DNA from: an uncultured Spirochaetota bacterium
GTDB taxonomy: Bacteria; Spirochaetota; Spirochaetia; SZUA-6; Fen-1364
Length of the DNA stretch: 64,000 bases
Assembly (NCBI GenBank): GCA_963734545.1
Contig: CAVTHO010000007.1
Location: 32,001 to 96,000 of the forward strand
Reading direction: 5' to 3'
In this document: one piece after another, positions 61,916 through 64,000 of the stretch
Position numbering within the stretch: position 1 is the first letter of the stretch
Layout of the letters: each line of letters opens with the position of its first letter
Notes under the pieces: model-generated
Database searches by the model: none
Told to the model about the DNA's origin: nothing
The model's input: the letters and a program-made list of their open reading frames with translations, nothing else
Position numbers and translations under genes: made by a program

Positions 61916-62548
61916 ATGTACGAGCTGATGTGCTTTGGCGATTCCAACACGTGGGGCTATGACCCGCGCACGGGCGAGAGGTACCCGCGATCGGTGCGCT
62001 GGACCGGAGTGCTCCAGGCATCCCTGGGAGGTGACTTCCTCGTCATAGAGGAAGGGCTCAACGGCCGCACGACGGTCTGGGAAGACCCCCTGGAAGGCGA
62101 CAAAGTGGGAAAGAGGCATCTGCTGCCCTGCCTGCTGTCCCACGCGCCGCTCGACCTCGTCATCCTTCTTCTGGGGACCAATGATCTCAAGAACCGATAC
62201 TCGGCACCTCCCTGCGACATCGCGGCAGGCGCGGGAGTGCTGCTGGACATCATCCTGTCGAGCGGCGCCGGGAAGGCGGGCGACGCGCCGCACATCCTTC
62301 TCCTTGCTCCCCCGCCGCTGGCAGGGACGAGCGAGACGGCATTTGGCGGGATGTTCAAGGGCGGCGCGGAAAAATCACGGGAGCTGGGCAAGCTCTACAA
62401 GGAGGCTGCCCGCCTGCACGGGTGCGCCTTCCTCGATACGGGGGCTCTCATCAGCTCGAGCGAGATCGACGGGATTCATCTGGAGGAAAAGGACCATCAT
62501 GCTCTCGGGCTGGCTGTCGCGCAGGAGGTCAGGCGGCTGGCTCGCTGA
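61916..62548 (+). CDS. SGNH/GDSL hydrolase
   Basis: FGDSNTWG, EEGLNGRT, LGTND, DGIH. Confidence 0.92.
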   Translation: MYELMCFGDSNTWGYDPRTGERYPRSVRWTGVLQASLGGDFLVIEEGLNGRTTVWEDPLEGDKVGKRHLLPCLLSHAPLDLVILLLGTNDLKNRYSAPPCDIAAGAGVLLDIILSSGAGKAGDAPHILLLAPPPLAGTSETAFGGMFKGGAEKSRELGKLYKEAARLHGCAFLDTGALISSSEIDGIHLEEKDHHALGLAVAQEVRRLAR

Positions 62549-62580
62549 GAGCTGCCGACCGCGGCGGCGATCGGGGCCGC

Positions 62581-62644
62581 CGGCACACGGAGGTCCGCCC
62601 TACAGCCAGGGCAGGAGTACGCGCTTTCGGTAAGCCTGGTACTC
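62581..62644. repeat. Intergenic REP-like palindromes (GTAG-type plus GAGTAC...GTACTC element)
   Basis: Minus strand GTAGGGCGGACCTCCGTGTGCCG; plus strand GAGTACGCGCTTTCGG..GGTACTC. Confidence 0.35.
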
Positions 62645-62768
62645 GGTCGAAAAAAGCGCGGCCAGGATCTTTTCCTCGCTTCTCGCAAATATGCGCGAAG
62701 AGACGTAGAGGACCGCACCCACCGCTGCTCCCAGCCACGTGTCCAGCACGAGCCGAGCCGCACCGCCC

Positions 62769-63290
62769 CTATCCGGCGGGCTCGATCACGCCGCCTTCCA
62801 GGTGGACCTCGTAGCCGCCCAGCGTCTCGGTGTGCGAGAATTGCGGCACGCGCTTTCCACCACTCGAAAGGGGAGACTGAGCCACCCCGGTCTGGTCCTG
62901 CGCGCGCGAGGATGCCGCCGCCCTCGGGTTCACGCTCAGCACCATGGTCGGATTCGAGTTCTCATTGAGCAGGATGGTATACATTGCGTCATCCCCCGGC
63001 TGGAACCCGGGCTTCCCCTGAATGGGGGTCAGGGTGTAATTGAGATAGCGATAGAAGTTCACGGGGTAGCCGGCGTATCTGTACTCGATATAGTACGAAC
63101 CGGGCAGGGTCTGGTAGTAGGCTCCCTGGAAAACGCGCGTGGGAATCGAGGGGTCAGTGGCGGCAATGGATGCGGGGGCATTCGCCCAATCCAGCGCAAT
63201 GAAGACGTCACCGACGGGTCCCTTGCAGCCGCTGAGCAGAAAAACAGCCGCCGACGCCAGAATGACGGCAAAGAGCAGGATGCGTTTCAT
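62769..63290 (-). CDS. Hypothetical lipoprotein
   Basis: MKRILLF...LLSGC lipobox; AGGAGG RBS. Confidence 0.75.
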   Translation of the reverse strand: MKRILLFAVILASAAVFLLSGCKGPVGDVFIALDWANAPASIAATDPSIPTRVFQGAYYQTLPGSYYIEYRYAGYPVNFYRYLNYTLTPIQGKPGFQPGDDAMYTILLNENSNPTMVLSVNPRAAASSRAQDQTGVAQSPLSSGGKRVPQFSHTETLGGYEVHLEGGVIEPAG

Positions 63291-63351
63291 GTTTCTGTCC
63301 TCCTGATAGGTACAGGAGGTGAAACCCCGCCCGCGCGATTTTCCTACACTT

Positions 63352-64000
63352 TCAGGTCCATTTTTCCCTGATCGCCCGAATCACGTCGTAGATCTCGAAG
63401 AAGAGCGAAACCAGCTCCGGGTCGAACTGCTTGCCGGACTGCTCCTTGATGTAGAACAGAACGCGATCCTCTTCCCAGGCATCCTTGTAGGCCCTCTTGA
63501 AGATAAGCGCGTCATAGACGTCCGCCAGGGTGACGATCCGGGCCGAGAGGGGAATCGTCGAGCCCTTTTTCCCGGGCCCGAATTGAAGATTCTTCTCGTG
63601 GATGTCTTTCACGGTCCCGGGGTAGCCTGTGCCGTCCCACTTCTCGTGGTGGTTGAGGGCGACCTCGTAGGCGAGGGTATCCCACTCCGAGGTCGGATGC
63701 TCGAAGAACTGTGCCCCATAGAGCGTGTGATACCTCATGGCGGCGAACTCTTCCTTGGTGAGCTGCTCCCTCTTCTTGAGGATTGCATCGGAAACGCCCA
63801 CCTTTCCGATGTCGTGCAGCATCGAAGAAATCCTGAGGATGTCCTTGAAGTTGTTCACTTCCTCCCGGTGGACCGCGTGCGCGTCAGCCCATTTCTGGTA
63901 GAGCTCCACCGCGTACGCCCCGACGCGGCTCACATGAGGCTGGGTCTCCTCCGGGTCCCGGAGCTCGGTGGTCCTCACCATTTTGAAGACGACGTCGCGC
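63352..64000 (-). CDS. HD-GYP cyclic-di-GMP phosphodiesterase domain protein, truncated by window end
   Basis: LHDIGK, HHEKWDGTGYP, IPLSARIV, DVYDAL, FDP; frame open to the window edge. Confidence 0.93.
   Translation of the reverse strand, partial: RDVVFKMVRTTELRDPEETQPHVSRVGAYAVELYQKWADAHAVHREEVNNFKDILRISSMLHDIGKVGVSDAILKKREQLTKEEFAAMRYHTLYGAQFFEHPTSEWDTLAYEVALNHHEKWDGTGYPGTVKDIHEKNLQFGPGKKGSTIPLSARIVTLADVYDALIFKRAYKDAWEEDRVLFYIKEQSGKQFDPELVSLFFEIYDVIRAIREKWT

Noticed and set aside
1-64000. Defence systems, prophage, integrase, IS transposase, tRNA or rRNA
   Set aside because: No nuclease, integrase, transposase, phage structural or structural-RNA signatures were recognised in either strand or in the ORF track.

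Overview
A gene-dense, high-GC (roughly 60-65% by eye) bacterial chromosomal segment. The protein styles tentatively suggest a free-living spirochaete (inference only). No rRNA, tRNA, CRISPR array, prophage or intact transposase was seen. In order it contains: the end of a PQQ-repeat/GT4/LolD-like ATPase/double-FtsX permease operon; tatB-tatA facing tatC; a trypsin-like protease plus lipoprotein; an AraC/SDR deletion scar; an imuA-imuB-dnaE2 mutasome cassette; a beta-carbonic anhydrase; a ferredoxin-like protein; a 7-gene NDP-sugar modification cluster; a soluble CZB chemoreceptor; two LacI-regulated sugar ABC loci (atypical GHMP kinase, GH1, GH13, Nif3-like); TetR-MFS-serine hydrolase; a PAS hybrid kinase; a spermidine synthase fusion; GH43; an ankyrin protein; a second beta-CA; a small secreted Trp/His-rich peptide; a GH5-like/transglutaminase-like/TPR fusion; trxA; an Isf-like flavoprotein; a LEA-2 protein; a NarL-type two-component pair; an aldo/keto reductase; an SGNH hydrolase; and a partial HD-GYP gene. 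The strongest unexplained signals are: (1) a stand-alone ~108-nt structured RNA with its own sigma70 promoter and terminator (60648-60756, minus strand); (2) a GH5 domain that has lost several conserved active-site residues, fused to a Cys-His-Glu transglutaminase-like domain and TPRs; (3) a GAGTAC...GTACTC palindromic element in frame inside dnaE2, with a sibling at 62615; (4) a candidate SOS box, TAACATATGTTA; (5) 11 single-base frameshifts, 9 of them at or beside CCGG, suggesting sequencing errors at methylated sites rather than real pseudogenes. All product calls come from recognising motifs by eye; no searches were run.
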